Assembly: GCA_010356995.1 (NCBI GenBank) | Contig: ML996687.1 | Span: 1,799,803-1,863,802, forward strand | Source: Trichodelitschia bisporula | Lineage: Eukaryota | Reading direction: 5' to 3' | DNA length: 64,000 bases | Shown: piece after piece, positions 11,236 through 24,491 of the stretch | Layout: each line of letters starts with the position of its first letter | Numbering within the stretch: the first letter of the stretch is position 1 | The notes under the pieces: generated by a model | What the model was told of the DNA's origin: nothing | Databases searched by the model: none | Seen by the model: only the letters and a program-made list of their open reading frames with translations | Made by a program: the position numbers and the translations under genes

Positions 11236-13272
11236 CGTGACGCACCTAGCGACCTCGGCACCATTCCTCGATTTGATTCGTCCTTTTCTTGTTGCTGCGC
11301 TGCTTGCTCTCTTGCTTTGGCTTGCTTCACCGGTCGGACTGCACATCGATTACCTCCTGTATTTTCCACATCTTGCATGAATAGCGGGCGTTTCGTGGGA
11401 TTGGCATGACTGCACGTTCATGGCGGACTCATGACTGGAATTTTGTTTTTGGGGTTCGAAGCCAGCTCAAGGCAACGATCTGTGACGACAGGACACGGGC
11501 TTCCAAGCAGTGCCTTACGTGGTCCAGAATTGAGGCGGACGGCAGGCAACGAGGCGTTTTCGGGTCATCCTTCATCCTTTTGCTCCCTGCGTTCGTCTTT
11601 TACTTTGTCCGATTGACTGTTCTCTTTCTGCAAGGCTTACGTCGGCGCATTCGGTGGGATTTACACTCTGCACGGGTTGTACGGGTTCGATGGGAATAGA
11701 ATCGTCACCCCCCGGCGGGGTGGCCGCAAGAGGAGGCCGCAGGGCAACCACATTTTCCTTGGTTTTCTTTCCTCGTCTTCTTATCACTCTCGAGCCAGGT
11801 TGGGTTTCGATGGAGGCGGTTGTACTTTTATTCTGGGTGTTTGTGTGTACGACAGACTACGCATCTGCGGAATGTACGAGCTTTAGACGGGACCGTGGGG
11901 GCCAATATTTCGTATCCGAATAATGGATAGGCGTCGAGGGCGCGAGCCACTCTGCTGCGCCTCGTCTATATGTTTGCGATCACTTCCTCTCACTATCCTC
12001 ATCGCTCTCTCTTTGGTTCCCTCTCAATCCCTTGCCCTTGCAGCGCGTCTGCTGCATGGTCACGCACTCCGACATGCCTGGGGAGGCCGCATTGCAAGCA
12101 AATTGCGGAAAGCAGCTAATGAAGGGAGTGACATGTCTCTATGTTCGCACCTGCGATTCTCTCGTCGGACATGGAACGACTACTACGTACTCCGTAGCCC
12201 GCAGCAACGGGCCGTTGAGCCATTTCGGGCTTAGAGACTCTGACTTGTGATCCTCCAGCAGACCAGCTTGCTGGCACAATGGCTTCACCTAGTCAATGGA
12301 CGCGGGTAGGGCATGCACCGGTGCGGATAGCCATGCAACCGCCGGTATGGAGGCTCTTAGCGACCTTTGCTGGTTGCACCCATTGACCAGTTTTTCGAAC
12401 TATAGTGGGTCGGACTTTACGAGTACCTGAATGCGTGGTATTGGGAACTTATCATCGAGCGCACCGCTGCTGGGCGGTCACTGTCACCGCCGGCAAGCAA
12501 CTGCAAGCGTCACGTATCATCCACGGCAACGCACGCCATCTTCCAAAACGAGCGATCTGTCCGAGTTTCCCATGCCATCTTTCGCAGCTATCTGCATCTT
12601 CGGCTTGCGGGCCGAGCGGCGACCCGGACACCAGATGTTGGGGGGCGCGCGGTGAAGCGGGAACCCATTGCGTAATGGCAAGCATCAAGCGCGCCCAGAG
12701 TGCCCAACGAAGAGGGGCATTTGCGGGGAAGGGCAATTTGCAATGGCCCAAAGGACAGCAAAACTTCCGGAGCAATTGAGGCCCTGAGGAGCTCGCAAAG
12801 CGCAAAGAGGACAAAAAAGAAAAGCAACCGAGGGCGAATGGCGCAACTGCTTAAGCAACTGTAACTAAGCAGACCGGCGCGAGCTACCAAGAGCGACGAC
12901 GATTAGAGCAGAGCCGAGACTGCTCAGCTGCCTCTTCTCGCGTCGTCCAAGACTCTTTGCCCGACGAGACTGCCGCGCTCGTGCTTAAAAAAAACCTGCC
13001 ACTGGTCATCCGTCGCTCGTCACTTTGATCCTCTACCCCCCTTCCTTCCTGGCATCCCTCCTTCAGGCCTTCCCCACCATTGTTCCAACCACTATTTAGG
13101 TCGCGTCGTGGCCGTCTTGGTTTCGGGATCGATCAACTGTCTCGTGGGTTCCCAACTTAAGTCCTGCCCTCTTGAGTTTGTCTCGCCGCCGCATATCTCG
13201 TTCCCCACCATTGCTCGGCATCAAGTTCTTCCCCGCCATCACACATCTTCAACCCCTCCACCACACATCACA

Positions 13273-13660
13273 ATGACCTCTCCTCAACCCACTCAAGTAT
13301 CGACGGGCCGCGGTGGCGCAGGTATGTCCCTTCCCTTCTGATCTTGTCAACTCACTAACCATCCCAGGCAACATCGGCCGCGATGAGCGTCCTAAGTCTG
13401 AAGTCGTCGATCTGGCAACGCCGACCATCAAGGCCAACCTCTACACCACGGGCCGTGGTGGTACCGGCAATATGGCACGTAATGATCCCGCGCACCCGGA
13501 GATCGCACGTTTGGCGCAGGATGTAGAGGCGCCGGTTGTGCAGCGCGAGAACGAGACGGCGGTGCACTACGGTCGCGGAGGTGCAGCGAATATTGCGCGG
13601 GTTGAGGAGCCGACCAAGGAGAAGAAGGGATTGTTGGAGCGGATCGGCGTGAAGAAGTGA
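13273..13660 (+). CDS. DUF3602-family protein (GRGGAGN repeats)
   Basis: Intron 13322-13367 (GTATGT...CTAAC...CAG). Three repeats: STGRGGAGNI, TTGRGGTGNM and HYGRGGAANI. Confidence 0.88.
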
Positions 13661-14610
13661 CTTTGCGTGTAATCGGAGGGTTCTGATCGTTTACTGCGAT
13701 GGAGGGATATGAGGGAAGCTGGATGGGAAAAGTTATTGGTTTCTATGGTTAGCATTATACCTCTGGGGGATTGTGCTTTTTTGATGGGATGGCGACGGTG
13801 TCTTTCTTACGACTGAGCCTGTAGGCCTTTTTGCAGTGATGATTGAGTTAATAATTCACGGACGTGGTGCCGGTTTGTGGCAGATGCTCTACTATATATG
13901 GGGGACGACCAGCTGGCTGATAAGCTCATATGTCTGGACTGGACAGATCTGCACACGAAAGACAGATCCCACTCGATCCCACTCGATTCCACTCTCTCCC
14001 CCCACTCAACTCCCCTCAATTTTGACCTCAAACCCCACACCCCCTTGCTTTTTCAAACTGCGGGGAAAGGAATCAAGCTGCCTCATTAATCACCTACTCG
14101 CCATACGTACAGTACCAACGTAGTACCGCGTAATTGTCACTTCAGCCACACATGTCACAATGCTCTTACTGCGTCGGAAGATTTCCTTATCATCATTCAT
14201 CCCGGTTGATCTGGTGCATGCATGAACACTGATCCAGCGACCGGCGAACGGGTTTCTGCACAGCCGCAGAGTCAAAGCCACGCTGGCCGACGAAGTGCGA
14301 AGGTCACCAGCGTCAGCTGCACCATCAGCTCACCCACTCCCAAGCCTGGCCAAACACCATGCCAACCACGGGTACGGTATGCACCCAGTGCCTCTAATTC
14401 GCATATAACGCCCGACGCTCGCTATAACTTCCTTGGAACCGGTCATCTCGCAGCTTTGTGCCCAAAGCTCTCGGCGCATCTTCCGAGTCGGTCCAACCTG
14501 TCCCGGGATCTCTCAACACCAGATCTCCCAGCCACCTCAACTTCCATACATAGTCCCCCCTCACCCACTTCTCTCCAACCAAAACCCTACCACCACCTCA
14601 CGCCGCCGCA

Positions 14611-15312
14611 ATGTGCCTCATCAAAGTCCGCCGCGACGACGACGATGATGTCCACGTCCCCTACCGCCGCTCCTCGCGCGTTGTCCGCTCCTCTCACGAA
14701 CACATCGGTTCCTCCACGCCGGTGCGGCGCTCCTCACGCATCATTGTGCGCCAGCGCACCTCGGAGCCTAAAATATCATACCCAGGCCCGCCGCCTCCCC
14801 CCGCGCCCATGCCATACCTACCACCGCCTCCGCAGCCCTATCCCCCGCCGCCACCTTCGCCTTACCCGCCGCGCATTCCCGTCCAGGCGGGCGGCGGGCT
14901 TGCGGTTCCACCTCCGCAGCCCATCCCCATTTTTGTCCAGCCGCCTCCTCCGCCGCCGCCTGCACCTGCGCCCGCACCACCACCCCCGCCTATGCCACAC
15001 CACCATCATCCGCCGCCGCCTCCATCACAGTCAGGGGTGCACTACGTTCAAGTTTCGCCGCGGAGCAGCATCTCGGACCATAGTGATTACCGGTATGAGC
15101 GGCGGGAGGTGCGGTATGAGCGGGATTACTCTCCGGCAAGGTCCTCGAGAGGGGATCATTACGAGTACCGGTATGTGGATGGGCCGGCGGAGCGGGAGCA
15201 TGAGAGGTACCCGAGACGGGACCGGAGTCGGAGTCGTGGGCGGGGGTACGACGAAGAACGGACTACGGTGAAGGTGCGGAGGGGCCATGGGGATTCGCGG
15301 TATGAGTACTGA
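14611..15312 (+). CDS. Proline-rich and Arg/Glu/Tyr-rich hypothetical protein (MCLIKV... start)
   Basis: 233-aa single-exon ORF with good start context, a poly-Pro core and an R/E/Y-rich tail. Confidence 0.7.
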   Translation: MCLIKVRRDDDDDVHVPYRRSSRVVRSSHEHIGSSTPVRRSSRIIVRQRTSEPKISYPGPPPPPAPMPYLPPPPQPYPPPPPSPYPPRIPVQAGGGLAVPPPQPIPIFVQPPPPPPPAPAPAPPPPPMPHHHHPPPPPSQSGVHYVQVSPRSSISDHSDYRYERREVRYERDYSPARSSRGDHYEYRYVDGPAEREHERYPRRDRSRSRGRGYDEERTTVKVRRGHGDSRYEY

Positions 15313-15837
15313 GCTTGCAGTGTTCGTCTGCGACGTTATTGTCAGTTTTTTTTTGCATTCTCTCTACTTTTGGCCTATGAGGACTTCGGCGTGGCATAGA
15401 GCTTGAGCTTTGGTTTATGCGGCTTTTTGGGGATTGGCTGATGACGTTCCGTGCGAGGGACGAAATCGCGCACATGGACATCGGTTTGGGATACCACTCA
15501 TGTATGATGGAAATTTTTGAGTATGATAGGTAGTAACGAGCAGATAAATACTTTCACGAGTTGTTTTTGGTGACGTTCAGCCTTATTCAAGCGGTTCGAC
15601 ATGTGCTCAACAATCCGAAGTCGCGTGCCCAGAAACTCCACCACCTCCGGCCACAACGTCACCTCTGTGCGAATCCTCCACGAATTCACGAGCTGACCCA
15701 GCTCACCAGCCCACACCAAACCGCATCCTCAGACCGTCCCCGCCGCACAGGCAAACAACCCTCAGACACCTACCCACCCTAATGCGCCACTACCCACTCC
15801 TCTTCCACGCGCCCCTCCCCGGCCCACCCCGCTCGTC

Positions 15838-18800
15838 ATGTCCGTTTCCGTCCTGGTGCGCGACTCGCCGTCCCGCGCCATCGCCCTGCAAACTGATCAC
15901 CATGTCCTAATTTTTACGCCTAACAATGGCGGCGGCCAGCGGTCCGGCAACGGATCCCGCAACGGCAGCAGTATACACCTCGGTGCGCCCACGGATGCCG
16001 ATGTCCCGCGCTGCATGGTTGAGTTCGCGCCTGCCCGTGGCGTGGATCTCTCGGCATATAGGCCTGCGGGTGCACGACGGGTCCATGGCACGCTGGGCTT
16101 GATTGCCCTTGGCGGGGATGTCTTCCTGTGCGTTGTGAGTGGGAACTCACCGCGGGTGGCGGGGGTGCGGCCCGGCGAGACGGTGACCCGGATCGAAGCG
16201 GTGGAGTTTCACTGCGTCAGCGGCTCGGCATGGGATGGAGTGCTTGGTGAAGGGGTAAATCGGTATCCGACTGAGGATGTGGATGAGGAGGGGTTTGATG
16301 GGCGAGAGGGCGCCATCGAGCATCCATGTTTGGCACTTAAGAAGCTGTTGAGCAGCGGGTCATTTTACTACAGCGCGGATTTTGATGTTACGAGGCGGCT
16401 TCAGAAGAGGTGTGTGGGGTGGTGTGCGGGACCTCGAGGATGAAAGCTGACATGCCAGACTCAATGATGACGAGACGACGATTGCGATTGATAGCTTGGA
16501 TGCTGGGTTCCTATGGAACTCATTCATGATCCAGCCGCTAGTCGATTTCCGCTCCCGCCTCTCACGAAACGAGAAGGCAGCTCTCGATGCGTCGGGCATG
16601 CTCACGTCGGCTATCCGCGGTTTCTGCCAGGAGATGATTGTCCCGGCGTCTTCGGATCCGTTTAATGAGACTGGCTACGGCGATCCTGCGCACTTGACGC
16701 TTATTTCCCGCCTCTCCTGCCGCCGCGCAGGCACGCGGTTTAACTCGCGTGGCATCGATGACGACGGCAATGTGGCCAACTACGTGGAGAGCGAGACCAT
16801 TTTCTGGAGCCCATGCGGTCAAAAAGGTGGCACCTGTTTCTCATACGTCCAAGTCCGTGGCAGCGTGCCGGTCTTCTGGGAGCAGCAGACAGCCCTCCTA
16901 CCCGGACAGCAAAAGCCTACGCCGACGCGCTCGGTTGAAGCTACGCAGCCGGCCTTTGACAAACACTTTGAGAACCTGGAGCACTCGTACGACGCCGTAC
17001 ATGTGGTCAACCTGCTCAGCAAGGAGGGGAACAAGCCAGGTGAGATTGAGCTCACAAAGCGCTTCGAACAGCATATCTCGCGCAGCGCGCTCAACGGCAA
17101 GGAGAGCCTGGGGGCCTCGGAACACCAACTGCTCAAATACACCGATTACGATTTTCATGCTGAGACCCGTGGGCCGGGCGGCTATGTTGCTGCAAGTGGA
17201 ATAATGGACCTGATTCAAGACTCCATGAGGGCCTTTGGGTACCTATACGCGCACGACGTGGAAGAGTTTGATAAATCCGGGACGTCAGTTATGCGCAAGG
17301 CTATTCCCGAGCGTATACAGACGGGTGTATTCCGGACGAATTGCCTCGACTGCTTGGACCGGACGAATCTCATCCAGACCATCATTAGCATATTCGCCTT
17401 GGAGATGTTTCTACACGATCTCCGCATACACGTGACACCGGATTTTAGAGCTCGCCATGATACGCTCTGGGCAGACAACGGCGATGCTCTATCACGCATC
17501 TATGCTGGCACCGGTGCGCTCAAGTCATCGTTTACCCGCCACGGTAAAATGTCGCTTGGTGGCCTGCTGGCAGATGCCCGGAAGAGTGCGACGCGCATGT
17601 ATATCAACAACTTTGCGGACAAGGGCCGGCAAAATACGATTGACATGCTGTTGGGCCGGCTGATGGGGCAGGTGGCGGTCCATCTCTACGACCCGATCAA
17701 CGACTGGGTCCAGATGGAGCTCCGGCGGCGAGCGTCAGAATTTTCGTCCACCCAGTCCATACGCGTTTTCGTAGGCACGTTCAACTTAAACGGAAAGACG
17801 ACGGGAATCAACTCTGATCTGCGTCCGTGGTTGTGTCCTGATGTCGCATTTTCGCAGCAGAACCCGGAGGTTGTGGCCATCGGGTTTCAGGAGATTGTCG
17901 AACTGAGCCCACAGCAGATTATGTCTGAAGATCCGGCCAGGCGACAGGCGTGGGAGCAGGCGGTGAAGCGCACGCTGAATGATCATGCGGCGGAAAAGGG
18001 GGATGAGGAATATGTGCTCCTTCGCGGAGTCCAGTTGGTGGGCGCTTCGTTGTCAGTGTTCGTCAAGGCGAGCGTCCTGCCGTACATCAAGAACGTAGAG
18101 GGTGCTATAAAAAAGGTAATATTCCGCTCGTATCCCTTCGAGTTTGCTGACTCTTTGAGACCGGCCTGTCTGGCATGGCTGGCAATAAGGGCGCCGTGGC
18201 CATCCGCATGGACTATTGCAATACATCCCTCTGCTTCGTGACCGCACATTTGGCCGCTGGCTTCGCCAACTATGATGAACGACACCGCGACTACCGCACG
18301 ATCAGCTCCGGCCTTCGCTTCCTCCGCAACCGCACCATTGACGCGCACGACACTGTAATATGGTTCGGCGACTTCAATTACCGCATCGGGCTCAGCAACG
18401 AGAAGGTCCGGAAGCTCATTGAGCACGGCAACTACGACGAACTCCTGGCAAACGACCAGCTGCACCTCGCGATGACGCATGCCGCAGGCACCGGTGTCTT
18501 CAGCCACTACGACGAAGCGCGGATTACGTTTCCGCCGACATACAAGTTCGACCTCGGCACTGACAACTACGACAGCTCGGAGAAGTCTCGCATTCCGGCC
18601 TGGTGTGACCGCGTGCTGCGTAAAGGGCTCAATGTGCGCCAGGCCAACTACAACACGGCGCCACTGAAGTTCTCTGACCATCGCCCTGTCTACGCTACCT
18701 TCCATGTCGAGGTCAGCATGGTCGATGAGAAGCATCGCGACGCCCTGAGTGCGCAACTCTACGCGCAGCGCAAGGCTGATGTCGGCGGGCGGTCGCCTGC

Positions 18801-19560
18801 GCTGACCGCTGACCCCACGGACGAGGAAGACTTGCTTGACTTCGATCCGCCGGCCAATCACCCCGCGGCCCCAAGCACAAGTAATCGGAAATGGTGGCTG
18901 GACAACGGTGCAGCCCTCCCCTACTGTTCCCCAAATTCACACACTAACTTCTCAGGTCTTCCTGCCCACACTACCCTCCGTTCCCCAACAAATCATGCCC
19001 CCAATCCCGCCCGCCCAGCAAACCCCTTCGTCCCTTCGGACGAGCCAGACTGGGTAAGGGTCGAGCGTATCACGCCCTCCCCGCCCGGACCGTACGATGG
19101 CAGCTTCCACGGTTTGCCGCCTCCGCTCGTGCCCTCCCCTGCACCGTCGGCATCGTCTGTCCCGCGGCTGCCCCCTCGCCGCCAGGACACGGGTGGGAGT
19201 GTAAGTGGAAGCTCGATTTTGCCAGCGTCGTCGGCTAGGTCCTCTGTTGCATCGGCGCAGGCGGCTGTCGTTAAGCGCAAGGCAGCCCCGCCGGTGCCCA
19301 AGAAGCCATCAACCCTCGCGCATGCGGCTTCGTTGCCGGATTTGGCGGAGTTGAATCTTAAGGATGCGCCTGTTGTTCCACCGCCGCGGCGGGCGGGGAC
19401 GGGGGTCGGGAACATTGCGGCGAATGGGAATGGAAATGGGGTGGGAGCGCCGGCGTTGCCCCCGCGGAAGGCGGTGCGCGGTGGGCTTATGGATGAGGCG
19501 GATGAGGAGGGGATGATGGGGTTGAGTGGGTGGGAAGTTTTGAAGCCAGGACCGGGCTAG
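15838..19560 (+). CDS. Synaptojanin-like polyphosphoinositide phosphatase (Sac1 domain, inositol 5-phosphatase domain, Pro-rich tail; Inp52/Inp53/Syj1 family)
   Basis: Sac motifs RAGTRFNSRGIDDDGNVAN and RTNCLDCLDRTN; 5-phosphatase motifs WFGDFNYRI and PAWCDRVL. Introns 16410-16458, 18116-18159 and 18908-18955. Confidence 0.95.
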
Positions 19561-19723
19561 GACCCCAGGGGGGTTGTAATGACGGACATGACAGGTATAC
19601 GACATGGGTAGCGAAGGAGCGGGAACTCAAAAGTATAGATTCATTGCCATTGTCTTGCCATCTTACCCATCCACACCGTGCCCAACGCCGTCAAACTCCC
19701 TCCCACTCGCCCATAACCCCGAC

Positions 19724-20438
19724 CTACGAAGCCACAGCCTGCGCAAACACCTTGGCCGCAAGCTCGCTCAGCAGCCGCGCTTTCTCACTCTGCGGCAGCT
19801 CCTGATACACAGAATACACGCTCTTGCCACGCGAATCCCGCACCGCTCCCAGCCTATTCCCCGCCACGGCGCCCGCTATCGCCCCCGGCATGTTGGCTAC
19901 GATGAATCCCATCGCCCCGCCACTCACTCCGCCGACGATACTCCAAAACCGGCCCGTGGGGGTAGCCTGCGCGCCCTCCGCCAGACCCTCTTCACGGAGC
20001 ATCTCCTCAAACGCAGTCCCGAACTGCGCGTTCGCACGCGAATCCTCCTCCGCATCGTTCTCTGTGTTACTCGACCCAAACGGGAAGAAAGAACTGAACG
20101 GAAACCCGCCGCCGCCGGTGGTACCTCCGGTCTGGGAGCTGTTCTGCTGCTCGTGGAACGCGCGCGCGGCGTCGTAATCGGACCGCCGGGTCGCATCGCT
20201 GAGCGTGTAGTACGCGTCGTTGATTTGCTGGAACTGTTTCGTGCGGGTGGCGCGCTCGGGGGAGTGCGCTGGGACGCGGTCTGGGTGGGATTTGAGGGCG
20301 GCGCGTTTGTAGGCTTCGCGGATTTGGGCGGCGGTGGCGGTGGGGGGGATGGAGAGGAGGGTGTAGTAGTCGGGGAGGGCTGCGGGTAAGGTTAGTGGGG
20401 TTGGGAGGGAAGGGGGGGGGCTTACGGTCTGAGGACAT
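19724..20438 (-). CDS. DnaJ/J-domain protein with a C-terminal glycine-zipper-like hydrophobic segment
   Basis: Exon 1 20438-20426, intron 20425-20380 (GTAAGC...CTAAC...CAG). MSSDPLPDYY...HPD...FQQINDAYYTLSD J-domain; tail GGVSGGAMGFIVANMPGAIAGAVAGNRLG. Confidence 0.92.
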
Positions 20439-21110
20439 TTTGATGGTGGGAGGGTGATTCTTGGGTTAGGGTGATGGGGGCGAGAGTAGATTCCGGGAGG
20501 ATAGAGTTGATATCGTGAGAGGCAGCAAGGCTGAACGTCGTCCAAGGACACCTGTACCCTATTGCCCCTCGCCGACTCATCATCCGATGACGTCTCCCGC
20601 CAAGCAACATCCCCTCAGGCCGCACCTCGATCCCCAGGCATCAATCCGCAGGGTCCTCGAGCACCATCCGAAGTTCCCCCATCCAGCAGCATGCTTCACC
20701 GCATCGCGCACCAATTATAGCCCTCTTGTCCATCACCAATCGCTCCGCTCTCCTTGCTGCCTCTCGCCAGACCAAACTAACGCACATCACTCGTCCCACG
20801 TGCATGCGCGGGCGCGCCCCCGCCTGCGCCCCGGACCCAACCACCGCTTTTCGTCCCGCCTCGCGCGGTGCTTGGCGGGTTGTGGCGGGCGTGGACGGGG
20901 GGTTTAAGGCGCATACGGGCGTATCTCACCTTCACGTCTGTTGCTTTCGAACCCTTCATTGCTTGCGTCGCATCTACCCCGTCGCGCTCGTCCCATCTTC
21001 ATCGAGCTGTTGCGCCCCATTGTCGCGCTTCACTTAGCCTCACGAGCTTCGCTGAGCTTCGCTGCTCCCGCCTCACCACCGAGCTCCCCTGAGCTCCACC
21101 TCTTCGCACC

Positions 21111-21536
21111 ATGCCCTGGCCCTTCACCTCCCCCTCCTCCCGCCGTCACTCCTCGCGCGCAGGAAGCACCTACAGCCGCACGTCCAGCAGCAGCTACTAC
21201 AAGCGACGCCCCCGCGACGGGTACATCGCGCGACTGATCTACAAACTCAAGCACCTGTTCCGCGAGCTGTGGTACTACGCACGGCACAACCCCATCAAGA
21301 TCTTTTTCGTCCTGATGCCGTTGATCAGCGGGGGCGTACTGGCGGGCTTTGCGCGCAAACTGGGGATCCGCTTGCCGAGTTTCCTTGCGGGGAAGGGGGG
21401 AGGGAGGAGGGGAGGCGGTGGGGGGTATTATGGGAGTCAGGGGTATGGGAGTGAGGGAGGTTTGGGTGGGATGGGAGGGATGGGAGGGATGGGGGGGATG
21501 GGGAGTCTGATGAGTGTTGCGAAGGCGTTTTTGTAG
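21111..21536 (+). CDS. Small conserved fungal membrane-associated protein
   Basis: 141-aa ORF: Ser/Arg-rich N-terminus, KRRPRDGYI...RHNPIKIFFVLMPLISGGVL hydrophobic core and a GGM-repeat tail. Confidence 0.75.
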   Translation: MPWPFTSPSSRRHSSRAGSTYSRTSSSSYYKRRPRDGYIARLIYKLKHLFRELWYYARHNPIKIFFVLMPLISGGVLAGFARKLGIRLPSFLAGKGGGRRGGGGGYYGSQGYGSEGGLGGMGGMGGMGGMGSLMSVAKAFL

Positions 21537-21935
21537 GGGCGTGATGGGGGTGGGACTCGGGATGGTATGGAGGTCAGTGGGCTGGGTTGGGACGACGCCT
21601 ACGAGCTTGGGGTGTTGACGTTGGTCTGTTCTCCTTCTACGACCACTGAACGAGCATCTGCGAAGACTACGCTTTTGGGTGCGACGACGGAGCATGGTAT
21701 GTACGCGTACAGGTTATTTCATTCACTGTTTGAGGATGGCATCGACGGTCTTGTCGTTTAGATACCGCCTCGTTTGGAAAATTATGAAGGTACGAATTCA
21801 AAACTGCTTGAACTCCGACAATGAACAGGATGCCTCACCAACTCCCAAAGTAGCGTGTCTAAAGCTCCGTCCTGGGTATTTCGACTTTTGATCCGAACGC
21901 CCTACACCAACTAGAAGAGCCCCTTAAAACTACTC

Positions 21936-22615
21936 CTAGTACTCTTTCTCGAAGGTCTTCATAATGGGCGTGGCCGCATCGATGAACTTCTCCAGGTCCT
22001 TGTCGAGGTTCTCCAAGTTCTCCTTGCGCTTGTTGTTCTCCGCAATCAGGCCCTGCTTGCGCTTCAACAAGCCCTGGCGCTTCTCCTCGAGCGCCTGCCG
22101 CTCCACATGCTCATGCTCAATCCGCGCGACCATAAGATCATGCTCCGAGCTCTCGCGATGCTCGGGGAACTGCTCGAGAAACTGTTCGACGGGAATAAGC
22201 GGGAGGGACTGATATTTGTGACTGTTCCCATCAGCATTAGCATCAAGCCACAAAAAGATACATACTCATAATTCTCGCACAACGCAATCTCCCCAATCAA
22301 ATGCCTCTGCTCATAATACAAATTCTGCAACTGCAAATGCAGCGTATCGACCTCCAACCGCGCATCCGCAGTAGCCTGCTTCGTTGCCCGCACCGCAAGC
22401 AGCGCAGTCCGGTTCTGGTACCGCATCTGCGCGACCTGGGCCAGGAGCGCCTTCTGCTGCTTCGCGAGGTCGGGCTGGAGTTCTGCCGGCGTGCTGCCTG
22501 CCGTATAGTGCTTTTCGAGCAGGGCGAGGATGGAGAGACATTGCTCGCGTGCGAGCGACGCGGCGGCGAGCACGCTGCGCAGCTGCGGGTCTGTGACGAT
22601 GGTGTCGGCGGTCAT
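21936..22615 (-). CDS. THOC5: THO complex subunit 5 / Fms-interacting protein family
   Basis: EVDTLHLQLQNLYYEQRHLIGEIALC...YQSLPLIPVEQFL...HDLMVARIEHE. Intron 22265-22222; start at MTADTIV (22615). Confidence 0.88.
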
Positions 22616-23252
22616 GGTTGGGGCGGGGAGGGGGGAGGGTTGAGGAGCGGAGGTGGGTTGCGGCGCGTCTTGTTCTTGTAACCAGGAGCGGACGTCGGCG
22701 TATGGAGGTACTTCGCTGACGGGCGAGTGTTGCTGGAGCCCGGCGCGGAGGTCGGCGTTTTTGGCTTTGTCGCGGGTGGGAGCGGAGGGAAGGTCGATGT
22801 GCATGTTCCGCGACATGGTGAGGTGGTCAGGTGACTTGTGGCACGTCGGCTCTATCGCTTTTGTGTGGAGATGTTATAGAGGCAATTGAGCGTAACCTGT
22901 TAGTTGAGGAGGTTGTATCACGTTGTAGGCACTAAATCAAGGTATTGCTGGCTCCATTCATCCGCATTTACTGGCTGAGACCTGCATTTAGTGCAATTTG
23001 GTACATGGCGGTCAGGACAATTAGCTCATGGCTTTTCTGCAGCCTCACTGACGTAGGCGTAGTCTAGATCACGGATATATTCAAGCCAAACCAGTCTGTG
23101 ACATGCGTCTGAAAGTGGCGGCATATAGTATTTGACGAAGTTCAAAACATCCCCAACTCCGGTATCGGTGACAAAGGTCGCTGGGATATCCCTCTACATT
23201 ACATACAACCCTTACTCGTGCAATGACCAACATCTCGTCGTAGAAACCTAGT

Positions 23253-24491
23253 TCATCGTTCTACGTGCTTCTCTTCACGGTTCAGCAGCTCCCGTGCCGC
23301 AATGACCTCAGCCCTGTCGTACCCGTCCCATCCTCGCTCTGCAGCAGCGTTCCGCCTAACGATGTTTGCAAGTCGCTCGGTTGACTTTTCGTTAAGACGC
23401 TCGACGATTTGGACCGAAGGCAGGGGCAGGTCGGAGAAGGCGGAATCCGTGGTATTGGAAGCGGACTTCGGGGCACTAGGAAGAACTTCCAGCAGCCGCT
23501 TGGTGACCTAGCCTGTTAGCATCGAAAATCAAACAAGACGTCTGTAGCTACCAGTTTGAGGCCGTAGTAGCCGCGGAGATAATTATCGCAGAGCTCAATG
23601 CTTCTGCAATACCGCCGCATAGATTCAGCCATGGCCCGAATGGCCTCGCCTGGGTTGCTGGAAAAGATAGACTGTCCATAGAGGAACGTGACTTCCGCTA
23701 ACCGCGCATGCACCTGTCCTTGTCAATGATATCCACTTGAGGACCACTGAACCCACATTCCACGCATGCGGGAGAATCAAGATGATCTCCTCCAGACAGA
23801 AGATGGCGCGCTCAAAGTCGCTTTGCGAAACATACAGCTCCGCGAGCTCCGACCACGCCTCGCCGTCAGTAGGCGAAGAGTTTAGGAACTCGACGAGCTG
23901 GGTGATGGCCTCTGGTATGCGGCCCATCGACTTGAGAAGTGCTATGCGGCGCTTTTGCACGGGCTATTTCTGTTAGTTGCTAGATACAACCAGAGGTAAG
24001 GACCAGGCGCTGGGTGAGAAGCCGGTGGTTCCCATCGTTTCCATAATCGTGGGCTGCCACAAGTCGTGGACACGAGGGGGAGCGCCGGGTTCTCACCCAA
24101 CCCCGGTTGTACGCACAAAGTTCGTAGGCTCCTTCTCAAGCTCGGCTTTATACTCATCCAGCACTTTGATGCAGTCCTGCTCCGTCTCTGCCTTTGATTC
24201 GGCCCACATGCCCTTAAACGCCATGACCCGCTCATTGGACTCGCCGAACCGCGCAACGAGCCTATCCAGCAGCAACCGAGCCGACTTGTCATCACCGGTG
24301 CGTAAGCACGCAAGATACACGTTCTCGTACGTCCCCCATGTGTCCTGCGTTTCGTTGCCGAAGAGGACGGAAAGCGGCCACGGGAGCGTCGCGGCAATGG
24401 AAGGCTGGAGGATATGCGGCGCCTGCTGGGAGAGATACAGTGTCTCCTCTTTTGTGAGATTCGGCGGCGGCGAGATAAGATCGACGGACAT
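23253..24491 (-). CDS. EMC2: ER membrane protein complex subunit 2 (TPR protein, Oca3-like)
   Basis: YENVYLACLRTGDD, KRRIALLKSMG, PTDGEAWSELAELY, CRSIELCDNYLRGYYGLKL. Introns 24116-23964, 23756-23714 and 23551-23508. Confidence 0.92.

Noticed and set aside
14222..15271. 349-aa alternative-frame ORF overlapping the proline-rich gene
   Set aside because: It is a low-complexity frame shadow; the 14611 frame has the better start context and a coherent composition.
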